From Octopus bimaculoides (taxonomy: Eukaryota), in assembly GCF_001194135.2 (NCBI RefSeq), contig NC_068981.1, positions 49,096,381 to 49,145,037 of the forward strand: a DNA stretch of 48,657 nucleotides, written 5' to 3'. This document shows, piece by piece, positions 1-13,261 of this stretch. The notes below the pieces were generated by a model. The model was not told the origin of the DNA. It saw only the letters and a list, made by a program, of their open reading frames with translations, and searched no databases. The translations under genes were made by a program, and so were the position numbers. Numbering within the stretch: the stretch's first letter is position 1; the number at the start of each line of letters is the position of its first letter.

Positions 1-1849
1 TACATATATATATATACATATATATATATATATTTATATATGTGTATATATATATATATATGTGCGTGTGTATGTGTGTGTAACCGTAAATGTATGTTTA
101 TAAATCAACTATATCTGTAATTGAATTGTCATGAATGAAAATATTTGCTTTACCTAAATCAATTTCATCAGAATTCATGAGAACTTAAACTTGTTATATG
201 GCAACAACAATTTAAGTAATTAAAATAATTAAAATTATATTTCCTCGTAATTTGACGCTAACCTTTGAAATCTATTCTAATTCATATAGCGTATGTTAGT
301 GCAAGCATTAACCACACCTGATCTCTGTAGGGTTTACTATATATACATGTATCATTCTAATAATACAGGTACTTGGAGTTAAAATTCATAAGTTAACAAT
401 ACATTAGATAAAAATATACATATGAGTTATTACACTTAATATTATTGTGGTACATTTAGTATACTCTTTCAAATTCATAAGCTTTTGAACACAAATCACA
501 AGTATTGGTAATTTCACAGATTATAATGAAAGTAAATGATTAATTGTATAAACGAGATGAAATGCATATTAAACTTAAAATCTCCAAAGGTCGTTGGGAA
601 AACAACCGACGAAATTGAATTGATATTTTTGGTTGCATTTAAGCATATGATTCCTTATATTTTCCAAATTTGAATGGTCATATGTTAATATGCATAAACA
701 TCTGTTATATAGTAAAATACACTCGCTATCGTATCTCAAGGGTACATTTGAATAGTGAATATCATAAATAATATATTACGTCAGTCGTGTAATATACTGG
801 TAGATATTCGATATATACATATATATCTATAACTATATATATNNNNNNNNNNNNNNNNNNNNNNNNNNNNNNNNNNNNNNNNNNNNNNNNNNNNNNNNNN
901 NNNNNNNNNNNNNNNNNNNNNNNNNNNNNNNNNNNNNNNNNNNNNNNNNNNNNNNNNNNNNNNNNNNNNNNNNNNNNNNNNNNNNNNNNNNNNNNNNNNN
1001 NNNNNNNNNNNNNNNNNNNNNNNNNNNNNNNNNNNNNNNNNNNNNNNNNNNNNNNNNNNNNNNNNNNNNNNNNNNNNNNNNNNNNNNNNNNNNNNNNNNN
1101 NNNNNNNNNNNNNNNNNNNNNNNNNNNNNNNNNNNNNNNNNNNNNNNNNNNNNNNNNNNNNTATATATATATGGATGTACATTCATAAACATACTCACAT
1201 TTAGACATTCACTTATTAATATATAGCTATATATTCTAAAGTGACAATATAATATGAATGTAGCTGATATCAGTGTTACCGGAAAGAAATCGACCGAAGA
1301 ATCATACAGCATTTACTTCTGAGAACAGTGGATTGTACCTCAGTGAAAAACTGCCCTCCTTGTATTTGGAATACGGACACATGAGATGTTTGTAAAGCTT
1401 AGCCGAATGGATTTCGATAAAAGACTTCTTTAAATCATAAGGTAAGTGAGATTTTAAAGATTTGTTATTATATGGCATATAATATTGACATGCAGCTTAA
1501 CAATATTACGAATTGGTTTATTATTTATCAGGTTGAATATATATATATATTCGTGTAAATATACTATATTGCATACCGTATACGTAATTTGCTTTCCTTC
1601 AGCTGCGCTCTACCTTCGCTCATAGTTTAAGTAAGTCATTTTCTTATACAAAATTCATGCGCTTCTTAAACATTTCAAACTCGCTTTTGCTAGCAAAAAA
1701 TGAGTTTTCATGGGAATGTTCACCTTTATTTTTTCTGCACATCGTCATATAAAATTTAAGTTTATTTTTATTTTAATTATCAATGTGTTTGTCTGCACAT
1801 TATGCCGATTCTCATCACCGAGGCAGACACTCGAATGTTGTTACTTCTT

Positions 1850-2060
1850 AAGCATGATGTGTAGTTTCTGAATGAATTACGTCCGGAATTTGATCTTGAG
1901 CACTTGAAATAATTTGGTCTTTACCGTCAAGTACTCTTCCCACTGCGGAATTGCAAGATTTAAAGTTTGGACCAATATAAATTTTATTTCCGCATCAAAT
2001 CTTTTAGAAACAACAGGTTTAATATTCAGTGTAATATATTTAGAGTACCTCTTCGTGCTA
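1850..2060 (-). mobile_element. Possible highly decayed RTE-like LINE fragment (post-RT region)
   Basis: The minus frame reads RFDAEIKFILVQTLNLAIPQWEEYLTVKTKLFQVL. This loosely matches the RTE pattern LDxEIxxRI...W....LTxKTKxxVY. The match is weak and by eye only. Confidence 0.3.
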
Positions 2061-2233
2061 CTACCTTTACATCTAATTGATAGCTTGTTTACAATCATCT
2101 TAAATTGAAGGGCAATTTCAAGTGTATCGGTAATTAATTATCAACAGCAAACATGTAGTAAAACAATTTGCCCAAGAAAGATCTGATATGTAAGAGACGA
2201 GGTTGCTTTATTCCTGTCGATACCATATTGAAA

Positions 2234-2537
2234 GAGAGAATGTGTGTGTGTGTATGTGTGTCTCTTTGTGTATGACTGTGTGTGTGTATTTATTTGTCTT
2301 AAGTTAGAAGTGCAAGGGACGAATTTTCTATAATATCTGGTGAATCGTCGAGTAACAGTAATCATATACTACTGTCTTCCTCGGACTCAGACGAAGACAG
2401 TACTATATGACTACTGTTACCCGAAGGTTCACCAGATTGTATAGACAATTCGTCCCTTGCACTTCTAAATTTAGACAAATAGATACACACGCACACTCAT
2501 ACACAAATACACAAACATACATGCACACATTCTCTCT
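2234..2537. repeat. Long imperfect palindrome (foldback hairpin), MITE-like
   Basis: The core arm 2291-2379 is the reverse complement of 2393-2481, with 10 mismatches in 89 bp, around a 13-nt loop (ctcggactcagac). Complementarity continues through TG/CA-rich outer arms to gagagaatgtg (2234) and cacattctctc (~2537). Confidence 0.93.
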
Positions 2538-5500
2538 GATCTTCTCTATCCCCTCTCCCCCTCTTTCTCTCATGCACATATCGATACAGGCACTCATACA
2601 CAACAATGTATTGCCATACATACTAATACTAGTTGTAGCTCGCTGGATTAAAAAGTTGGTAAGTTGATAGTATGAATGGTGTGTGTTGCGTTAGTTTAGT
2701 TCTTAGTGACAGTAGGCGAGTATAGTTGCTATTTAAGTGGTTATATTGTTCTTACTAAATGTATTGTTGTGGCTCTTTAATCTCAAGTCAATACTCATGG
2801 CCTTATGACATTTCATTCAACTTTTTATATACAGTAGGACGTTATAACATTTTATTTGAAAGGCATTTGCTTACCTACTTCATAGTATATTGCAGACCGT
2901 AATCCGAATATAATGGTTATAATATACAGCTCCCGTTAGCGTGAAATCTTGTTACATGAGTTAACCGCAATACGGAGGTACTTGTGTATGTGTGTGTATA
3001 TATATATATATATATATTGAACAAAAGAATACAGGTTACTTCAGTTTTTTTCTGTATTTGATTGAGAAACCAGTGGTCTACCGTTGAGTTAAATGTTTTT
3101 AAGAGATAAATTTTGAAAAGCTGCATTCCCTCGCTTTCGGTAAATATGTTACTTATTTTTTTTGTAGTTTTTTTACTTATTTAGTCCCTCGATAGTGTGA
3201 GGCATTAATACACAGTTAATGCCCTTTATATATATTTAAACATNNNNNNNNNNNNNNNNNNNNNNNNNNNNNNNNNNNNNNNNNNNNNNNNNNNNNNNNN
3301 NNNNNNNNNNNNNNNNNNNNNNNNNNNNNNNNNNNNNNNNNNNNNNNNNNNNNNNNNNNNNNNNNNNNNNNNNNNNNNNNNNNNNNNNNNNNNNNNNNNN
3401 NNNNNNNNNNNNNNNNNNNNNNNNNNNNNNNNNNNNNNNNNNNNNNNNNNNNNNNNNNNNNNNNNNNNNNNNNNNNNNNNNNNNNNNNNNNNNNNNNACT
3501 TTTGAAGTTCTCCGTGAGGCTAAGACTAGATTTAAGTCGAAAAATTGCTAGAATATGTAACTGTACTGAAGTCAACTCAGTCTTTCATCATTGCGGGGTC
3601 TTATATATGGGATTTTAATGGTACCACTTTCCTAAGCTTTTGGGGTTTGATTCTAAGAAAATATTATCATTTTATTTCTCACAATCACAGTAAAGAAATG
3701 TACATACGACCTCTAAATTCTTTTTGACTATTTCATAGCAGGTCCATCAATATATGGATACACACATGTACACAAGACCAGACAAAATCACAAAGAATTT
3801 TGTAGAAAACATATATGCCAGAAGTACGTGCACACTAAGGAAGACATTCATTCATATAGGATGAAAATATATGTTCAAAAAATGAATGAAATTCATATAT
3901 TTACGTTGTAATAGATCATGGATAATCAAAGATATACATGCCCACATGGTCATGATGGTTTTGTACCAGGCATCTCAAACATCTTGCTCTGTTAGGCCTG
4001 CTTTGATATATGTTCCTTTTGCCAGACTTATAGAAGAAAAGGTTAATTTGAAAGCACGACAGTTTTATTTAGTACTTCCTTTTACTCGGATATCAACATA
4101 ATGTTTCTCACACTTTTGACTTTATGTTCTGCACAGTTATGACTGTCATCCTAGATTGTCCTTTATATTACTTCTTTTAAGTATATCGATCAATGATTAC
4201 GGGATTTGGAGTAGATATTTAAAGGGGGAAGTTTGATACCTATCGAGAATATAATTCTTTTCTTTATTAAATTAGCCTCATCAGATATTAGTAACGTAAG
4301 AATTAGTACATCTTATGCTACTATATTCATATTGTGATGTACTTATACAGTTTTTACATAGAATTTATTATAACTCATTATGCATTATGATATTATCACT
4401 GAATTGAAGCGAAATGGGAAAGAAATTTGAAGGTATACTATGCTCTTCTAATTAAATTTCATTAATATGGAGCCAAACGTTTCACTGACTGACGCAGTCT
4501 TTTGAATTTCAAGTAAAGAGCTAAATCATTTTCCATCGGATTTTGTAATTATTCATTAAAACATGCAAAAAAAATTTAAGGATACACTTACGCATAATTT
4601 ACGAGATACACTTATTATGGTTTGAGATATTCAGAATATAAACGAATCAATTTGGCAAAGCGAGTAATGAAACTGAATTAGAATTGGAAGTAAACGACTC
4701 TTTTAGTGTTTTCTTTCAAATACAAGAAAGAAAAGAGAAATATTTATGAAGCCCGTTCAAAATGTGTAAAGGAAAAATGAAACAAAATTACTATTTGAAA
4801 TAAAATAAACGAAATAATCGATAAAATTAGACACATGTCACTTGGGAAATAATAAATTTCTTTCGGCGTTATTTTTATCATTCGTTTTTCGTTCAGTTGT
4901 CTTTAAAGTGTATTTAGTTTTTGGCTTTCATTTCACCTAGAACCTAATTTTAATTGCAGTATGCATAATTTACACTGTGTCTTCATCTAAAACGACTCAC
5001 ATTACCATCAGTTAATGATAAAAAGGAAAGCTGAAATACTAGAAAATAAATGATTAATTACAGATTATGGTAACATGCCATTAAATATAAGTTTAAAAAT
5101 ATAAAAAAAGAAACACCCATTGGAGGAATATGAAAAGCAACACTCAGATATCCACGAAAATTTACTCATTTCTTTCGAAGTAAATAACTGCTAGTAATTC
5201 AGTGTAGATGGTGTTTAATTTGGGAATATAAAATGGCATATTGGAAAGAATTCAGTCGTGAACATATTTAAAGTGTAATGCATCGATCTTAGCATTTTCT
5301 TTGATTTTGATTTAATGAGACAGAGGAGCCATTGAGGATAAGAAAAGGTGAAACTATCAACTCTAGTAATCATTCTATTGTCTTCGTCAGTGATTGTTGT
5401 CAATTTACAAGAAACGTGATATGGTTGCAAAGCGGGAATGCTTTTCTAATTCTATAACTTTGAAGACAGCATATGTTATGACATGCAAGAGATCTCAGCA

Positions 5501-5734
5501 ATTAAGACCATCTAAATATTCATAAGGCCATTTATACTGACAGTACGTGAAGCGTTAGTTAGAAAGTGAATAAGGCTTGAAATATTTTTCGTATGCTGAT
5601 TGTTGTTTACGTCAATTATTATTCAAATTCGGGAGTTCTAATTAGTAGGAAAATATCAGTGATATTTCTAAATGGTTACAAAGTATTTCCGAACCATTTA
5701 AACTGTACTGAACAGACGCCAATTCTCACCCACA

Positions 5735-5758
5735 AACACACACATGTATACATATATT

Positions 5759-5796
<38 letters not shown>

Positions 5797-5880
5797 CATA
5801 CATACATGCATATATATATATATATATATATGTATGTATATATATGTGCGCGTGTGTGTATGCATGCATGTATGTATACA
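5735..5880. repeat. Compound (CA)/(TG)n/(TA)n microsatellite
   Basis: Directly visible dinucleotide runs, with a pure (TG)n run at about 5763-5793. Confidence 0.95.
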
Positions 5881-7466
5881 TATTTTTTTTTGAAGTCCAC
5901 TTTACAGCTATGTACTTCGACAGTAATTTATGCTTTTCCTTAGAACTGATATCGAGTGATGCAAATACAACCTTTTGTAGGTCAGTATTGTTGGATGTCA
6001 GTAATGTTAGATATATTACATTGTAAGTCTACCAAATTCTCAATTTACCACTCATCCATATTCTATATATTCAAAAATAAAAGAACACAATCATTCATCA
6101 GATCTTACAAACAATTAGCATGTACATTTTCGGTCCTCTGTTTCTCCTTTGAAGCTCCATAACTTCATTCACTCTTAAAATACTATTATAAAATATTTCA
6201 TGACGCAACACAATCACTTTGTACCGGGATTTAAAATATTGATTTCATTTTGACAATTTAGATAGGGGGAACAGATAAAAGGAATAAACGATAGTAACTT
6301 TTATATGATTATCGGTTGAAGGAAAAGAAACAGCTCCCAACAGTGATGGAAACTGTTTTCATGAACACAACGGGAAACCTCACACCATCTCTCAGGAAAT
6401 ATCAAACGGAACAAAGCCATACACTTACATAATATTTTCCACAAACATTTACTGAATTACTATAAGTGTTGTTGTATATTCTATATGTGTATATGCTGAG
6501 TTCACAACCAATAAAATTTACGTCCCCCTAAGATTACATTATCTCACAGTGTCTAGAAATGATATTGCTAGTTAAATGACTTTCAATAATCAGTCATTAA
6601 CAGAAAGATAATTTATAAATAGAAAATACACATCGGAAATCAATTATATATATATATATATANNNNNNNNNNNNNNNNNNNNNNNNNNNNNNNNNNNNNN
6701 NNNNNNNNNNNNNNNNNNNNNNNNNNNNNNNNNNNNNNNNNNNNNNNNNNNNNNNNNNNNNNNNNNNNNNNNNNNNNNNNNNNNNNNNNNNNNNNNNNNN
6801 NNNNNNNNNNNNNNNNNNNNNNNNNNNNNNNNNNNNNNNNNNNNNNNNNNNNNNNNNNNNNNNNNNNNNNNNNNNNNNNNNNNNNNNNNNNNNNNNNNNN
6901 NNNNNNNNNNNNNNNNNNNNNNNNNNNNNNNNNNNNNNNNNNNNNNNNNNNNNNNNNNNNNNNNNNNNNNNNNNNNNNNNNNNNNNNNNNNNNNNNNNNN
7001 NNNNNNNNNNNNNNNNNNNNNNNNNNNNNNNNNNNNNNNNNNNNNNNNNNNNNNNNNNNNNNNNNNNNNNNNNNNNNNNNNNNNNNNNNNNNNNNNNNNN
7101 NNNNNNNNNNNNNNNNNNNNNNNNNNNNNNNNNNNNNNNNNNNNNNNNNNNNNNNNNNNNNNNNNNNNNNNNNNNNNNNNNNNNNNNNNNNNNNNNNNNN
7201 NNNNNNNNNNNNNNNNNNNNACGTAAAATATTTTCTTACTTTCCTGAGCATGAAATTAATACACATACTTGTTTCTTATACACCTGTCTTCATCGTTTGT
7301 TTATCTGTAAATTTCAACAATGTATATATATATATATATTTATATATATCACATTTTATCATATTATATCATATAAACTCACCCTACCCTCAAACACACA
7401 CACACACACAGGCATATATATATATAACTCAAATTTACAGAAAGCAAAAGACGATGACAGTTGACG

Positions 7467-7509
<43 letters not shown>

Positions 7510-7842
7510 CTGTGTTTCTTAAGGCTATCGTTGGTTATATAATAACACGTCTTAATAATCTTTCAAAACGATCACATAAACCAATTGGTTTTCGTCTACA
7601 TGACCTAATTTGGGTTAGTGGAGTCATGTAGCACGATGTAAGTCTTTTCGATGACTGGTTGTATATTCAGTCAGCCATTTGTGAATGTATGCAGAACTGG
7701 CGTACGAATCCGTTTTTACTGTTCTGAGTACATATATGTCCTTCATCATTATTTGTACACGATAGAGCTATCAGCGATATGGCCATGGTGCTTTCACTAT
7801 TTAAGTATGTGGTAGTCTTGAATGTGTGTGTGATTTTGTCTG

Positions 7843-7965
7843 TGTTTGTTGTACCATCATCACTTGACAACTGATATTGGTGTGCTTATGCCCACGTAAA
7901 CAAGTTGTTTGGTTGGGAAAAGTGACCGATAAAATAAGTACTTCGCTTACAAACAATAATTCCTG
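7843..7965 (+). mobile_element. Octopus-type SINE core/3' fragment
   Basis: cttgacaactgatattggtgtgcttatgcccacgtaaac...gaccgataaaataagtacttcgcttacaaacaataattcctg resembles the abundant octopus SINE body (cttgacaaccgatgttggtgtgtttacgtccccgtaac...gaccgatagaataagtactaggcttacaaagaataagtcctg, recalled consensus). It ends where the RTE fragment starts. Confidence 0.55.
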
Positions 7966-7984
7966 TGGTTGATTTTGGGTGTCA

Positions 7985-8327
7985 GTCTTTCTCTCATTCT
8001 TGCTCATCTTCGCACCTACTCATTCCTCACCTTCTCCGTTCGTGTCACATCAACCTTAGCCCTCAAACATCTCAACTCACATACATCTAGTCGCCTCCTT
8101 GTCGTTTCTCTCAGGCCCTACGTATCTGCACCATATAACATTGTCGGCACAATTACGCACTCATACACTTTTCGCTTTCATACTCAACCTTTTTATCTCT
8201 CAGCATACCTTTCACAACTCCAAGTATCTTACTCCTCTCCCTCACTCTATATTTCACTTCCTAAGCCAACGCCCCATCCGTCGTTGCATGTGATCCCAAA
8301 TACTTAAAAGCACTCACCTCCTCTAAC
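7985..8327 (-). mobile_element. RTE-clade LINE remnant (C-terminal RT region), decayed
   Basis: The minus translation gives LEEVSAFKYLGSHATTDGALA*EVKYRVRERSKILGVVKGMLRDKK / VYECVIVPTMLYGADT*GLRETTRRRLDVCELRCLRAKVDVTRTEKVRNE*VRR. This matches the RTE motifs FKYLGS, VPTxLYGxETW and DxxEMxCLRxxxGVTRxDxVRNE. Stops and a frameshift show it is dead. Confidence 0.9.
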
Positions 8328-8576
8328 ATATATATGTGTGATTGTGTGTGTATTATACTACACACAGACACACACATATGTTTATCGGCGTCACTAAGTT
8401 GACTAAATCTGCTAGTCAGCATAAGCATTGCTAGAAATAAGACTCAGAACAATTCTTAGGCAAGGAAATGCATCCATCTAATAACGAACAAGACAGACAG
8501 GCTTCCTACAACAAACGACACTGAGCCATATCTTCCATAATTTCGGATTTCAGTAATTCTCATCAGTGACTCTCAC

Positions 8577-8646
8577 CTGGTGCCGAGGGCTAAACTAACT
8601 CGTCTTGTTAATGTATACATTATACAGCAAGAATCAGAGGCTGATT
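8577..8646 (-). other. Candidate 70-nt internal exon (unknown transcript)
   Basis: Minus acceptor acttttcacttttaccatttatAG| and strong donor CAG|GTGAGA. One frame is open (SASDSCCIMYTLTRRVSLALGT). No recognised homology. Confidence 0.3.
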
Positions 8647-9304
8647 CTATAAATGGTAAAAGTGAAAAGTTATAAATTATTAAGCTATATATATATATAT
8701 ATATATATATNNNNNNNNNNNNNNNNNNNNNNNNNNNNNNNNNNNNNNNNNNNNNNNNNNNNNNNNNNNNNNNNNNNNNNNNNNNNNNNNNNNNNNNNNN
8801 NNNNNNNNNNNNNNNNNNNNNNNNNNNNNNNNNNNNNNNNNNNNNNNNNNNNNNNNNNNNNNNNNNNNNNNNNNNNNNNNNNNNNNNNNNNNNNNNNNNN
8901 NNNNNNNNNNNNNNNNNNNNNNNNNNNNNNNNNNNNNNNNNNNNNNNNNNNNNNNNNNNNNNNNNNNNNNNNNNNNNNNNNNNNNNNNNNNNNNNNNNNN
9001 NNNNNNNNNNNNNNNNNNNNNNNNNNNNNNNNNNNNNNNNNNNNNNNNNNNNNNNNNNNNNNNNNNNNNNNNNNNNNNNNNNNNNNNNNNNNNNNNNNNN
9101 NNNNNNNNNNNNNNNNNNNNNNNNNNNNNNNNNNNNNNNNNNNNNNNNNNNNNNNNNNNNNNNNNNNNNNTATATATATATATATATATATATGTTCGTG
9201 TGTGTGTGTGCGCGCGTAAATATGTATGTATGGCCGTATAAATATATACATATATTAAAGGAGAGATGGGTATAGTGTTGCTGAGCTAAGTCTGAGAGTA
9301 AGTA

Positions 9305-9600
9305 AACAATCGAGGATTTTATGTATGTAGATGTATTCATGACTGATGTGCAGAAGGAGGCTGAGATGAATACCAGAATTTAAGGGTATGTGGCAGTAAT
9401 GCGCCATTACCAGTATTTGATCCTCAAATCAGGAGAGGTTGTTAGGACATCCAGATCTCTCTAACAAATCTGTTTTCGTGTCTATTCCCGTCTACGATTG
9501 TAAATGTGCAATGACCGAAAGAGTGCTATTGCAAAGACGAGAAGCCGAAATAGCGTACCTTCAAAGGATCTGTTGTATAGTGATATTTGTAGACGATAAA
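9305..9600 (+). mobile_element. RTE-clade (Expander/Rex3-like) LINE remnant, decayed
   Basis: The frames read TIEDFMYVDVFMTDVQKEAEMNTRI*GYVAVMRH and NKSVFVSIPVYDCKCAMTERVLLQRREAEIAYLQRICCIVIFVD. These parallel the RTE sequence VEEFKYLGVLFTSEGRMEREIDRRIGAASAVMR...SIYVPTLTYGHELWVMTERIRSRIQAAEMSFLRRV. Confidence 0.82.
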
Positions 9601-11588
9601 AGCAATAATGCATTGAAATTCCATTACGAGTTGTCGAAATCCGTCAATCCACCAGCGGATAATACTGTCCTATCATATGATTTCAACGCATTGCCGACCT
9701 TCAGAGGCAGCTGCCGCTGTTGGATGAAATAATTGTTTTGAGATTTTTGGGTGTGTGTGATTAGTTTTCAAAATTCCACCTCACGTAAGTTAGAATATAT
9801 AAAAACCTGACCAGTCAATTGCACACCATATAAGCAGGCACCAGTTGTTTAATATGAGGCAAAACGATTATTAATGCATTTTAAGAAATCGGTATTATGA
9901 AAGGCTCCGACGTATAATGACCTTATAGTAATGAAAATGATGTCTGAAGATATCCAACAATTACCTTCCAATTTTCTATAAATAACATTAGTCATTGTAT
10001 TTTGTATTTTATTCAGTGAAGGTTACTTTAATCGGGACTTTGTCTAATACAACAAGTTTTAAAATAGACTGATTAATGACGCAAAATGAATTACATCGCA
10101 TATCTTAATGTCTCTGAAAAATATAGAATGAATACGTGTTGTTATAATATTTCAATCATTCATCTTTAGTATCACTTTGTAATGAATGGTGCACAGGTAT
10201 TTCTAATGTTTGCTAAAAGTATTTACCGATTACACACAGGTACCAGTGTATATTAAGAAGTTAACTAAGTTTACAAGAAATGTGTGTTGAGTGTTGAGAA
10301 TAGCATTCGGTCAGAATATAACCAGTTACATAACTGTACATTTCTCTATCCCTGTCCACATTGGATCAAATACTCCATGGAAATATTTGTTTATTATAGA
10401 CGTCGAAGCTTGCAGACAGTAGTGAAAGTTTGAGCTAGCTTAAGTAACGTACGGTTCAGATTAGAGAAAGACGAAAATCATTTATGAATCCTACGAAAAC
10501 GTATACCACAACTATTTCCAGTAAATCTCAACAGCATGAAGGGAAGATAAAGTCACATATATGATAATGAGGTTAGTATTCGAATTTGCCTAATCATAGT
10601 GTGGTGCACCGTAATCGTGATGTTAGTGCACTTTGGAATGTAGCTTTCATTGGTGCACACTCATAAGTTGCAGATGTTACGAAATGAACATGTATACATG
10701 TATGCATGTATGTGAGTGTTTATCCAATTCATTCATTATATCAGCGGGTATGTATGCATATATGCTTATATATACATATGCTTGTAAGTATTATATGTAG
10801 GTATGTATACATACGCATACACACATATGCATTCATAACTGTGAGTGCCTGAGTGCCTATTTAATCAATGCATATGGAGATAAAAACGCATGCGGGATTT
10901 GTTCTGCCTTTCAGTTTAAGCATTTAATGGACACGCACATCCATTATACGATCGTCGTTGCACCCGATTCCATACAATTCGCCAGGTTCCGGAACGGTGA
11001 ACAACCTTTTAAACCCAATTAATAATTAAAATGAATACGGAAAATATTTCCGTTAGTCCTTAAGTAAAATGTGTGAACGCTATCCCTTCGTACATCATGT
11101 GCTGTAATAGATAATAATTGTTAGATTATCGGATTATTCGTTTAACTGACATATTTTAAAATCGTTAATATATAATAATACTCTAATAGAAATTATTCAA
11201 GAAATAATGATGTTTTCTAACCAAGGAACATGAGCACAACGATTCGTCAATAGGGCTATTTAGTGGAGGAGTAAATGAAATCCATCTAGTAGCTGAGTGC
11301 TGCAATATTATCAAACAAATGTGAGGAAATTGTTAGGTATTTCACGGGCGGGTTTGGGCCCAAAAATCACCGGACGTACACATATATACGCCAGCTAATT
11401 TTTCTGCTAAAACGTCTGAATATGATACACATAAACAATAAAGGCAATCAATCATTGAATTAGGATTAACTATTCAATACACTATAATGCATACACACAC
11501 ATGCATATTACATGCACACACACATATATAGATGCACATCTATAATTATAATTACATATATATGTATATATATTTATATGTATGTATG

Positions 11589-11625
<37 letters not shown>

Positions 11626-12284
11626 NNNNNNNNNNNNNNNNNNNNNNNNNNNNNNNNNNNNNNNNNNNNNNNNNNNNNNNNNNNNNNNNNNNNNNNNNNN
11701 NNNNNNNNNNNNNNNNNNNNNNNNNNNNNNNNNNNNNNNNNNNNNNNNNNNNNNNNNNNNNNNNNNNNNNNNNNNNNNNNNNNNNNNNNNNNNNNNNNNN
11801 NNNNNNNNNNNNNNNNNNNNNNNNNNNNNNNNNNNNNNNNNNNNNNNNNNNNNNNNNNNNNNNNNNNNNNNNNNNNNNNNNNNNNNNNNNNNNNNNNNNN
11901 NNNNNNNNNNNNNNNNNNNNNNNNNNNNNNNNNNNNNNNNNNNNNNNNNNNNNNNNNNNNNNNNNNNNNNNNNNNNNNNNNNNNNNNNNNNNNNNNNNNN
12001 NNNNNNNNNNNNNNNNNNNNNNNNNNNNNNNNNNNNNNNNNNNNNNNNNNNNNNNNNNNNNNNNNNNNNNNNNNNNNNNNNNNNNNNNNNNNNNNNNNNN
12101 NNNNNNNNNNNNNNNNNNNNNNNNNNNNNNNNNNNNNNNNNNNNNNNNNNNNNNNNNNNNNNNNNNNNNNNNNNNNNNNNNNNNNNNNNNNNNNNNNNNN
12201 NNNNNNNNNNNNNNNNNNNNNNNNNNNNNNNNNNNNNNNNNNNNNNNNNNNNNNNNNNNNNNNNNNNNNNNNNNNNNNNNNNAG

Positions 12285-12447
12285 AGACTCCAGTACTCAA
12301 CATGTACTTATTTCATTTTGACCAAAAAGACGGGCGGCAAAATCGATCTCGGTGGCATTGGATCTCACAAAAAAAAAAAAAAAAGAGTAGAAATGCTGAA
12401 AAAAAGTTTTGCTCACATTGTGAATGGTTTTGTCAGCTTGCTGCCTT
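12285..12447 (-). mobile_element. Degenerate octopus-type tRNA-derived SINE
   Basis: ccagtactcaacatgtacttatttc...gacgggcggcaaaatcgatctcggtggcattggatctca...gctcacattgtgaatggttttgtcagcttgctgcct is colinear with the reverse complement of the recalled octopus SINE (ccagtacgtaactggtacttatttt...gaaaggcaaagtcgacctcggcggaatttgaactca...gattctgccagctcgccgcct). Confidence 0.6.
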
Positions 12448-13156
12448 AAGAACTATTTGTATACAGTTATTGCCATATGTATTACATTGAGCCTAGACAA
12501 AAAAAAAATAAAAACATTTAATGTGGTCCGTAATAATCATTAATATGTAAGACGTATGGGTTTATTGGTTATAAATAATTTTATTTAGTTTCTTTTAAGT
12601 TTTGTTCATAAAACATGTGAAAATGCTATCGTAATAGCTATCAATATGACACATATAATTGTAACATGGCAAGGTGATATATACGGCTCATAATAAAAGT
12701 AGAGTGTCTAGATTTGGATGATTCTAGCTTAACATAATTATAGATTAATCTGAATCGCTCTGCTTTTCCGACTCATGGAAAGAAATGCAATTATATCATC
12801 TTTCGTAAAATTTAATTTAAGATCAGGTTCACTGTGTGCAATAATTGTTATTCTTTGTGCATATCATATCAACTACACAAATGCAAAATTTTCCAATTAA
12901 CTAATTAAACTGAAATACATGATGTAAACAACAACGAAAAGAATGGTTCAACTACCTCTGTCTCTCTCTGTCTCTCTCTGCCTGTCTGTCTGTCTCTCTA
13001 TCTCTCTCCCTCTCTCTCTTTCTATTCATGTGCGTGTATATAATTACAGCTTCCTAAAACAAATGACAACTAAGGCAAGATGTTACGTTAGAGTGAGCAC
13101 AATTCTAAATACCTATGAATTCCTGCCGTCCTACTTGTTGATATGATTGGATTCTC

Positions 13157-13208
13157 TCTTTTTTATTTCGCTTTCTTTCTCTGTCTTTCTCTCTCTCGCT
13201 CTCTCTCG

Positions 13209-13261
<53 letters not shown>
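13157..13261. repeat. (TC)n microsatellite grading into (TA)n
   Basis: Directly visible; borders a gap. Confidence 0.95.

Noticed and set aside
1274-1447. Consensus donor AAG|GTAAGT at 1441/1442 with an upstream GC-richer segment
   Set aside because: The acceptor is weak and all three frames have stops. It could be a UTR exon but cannot be supported alone.
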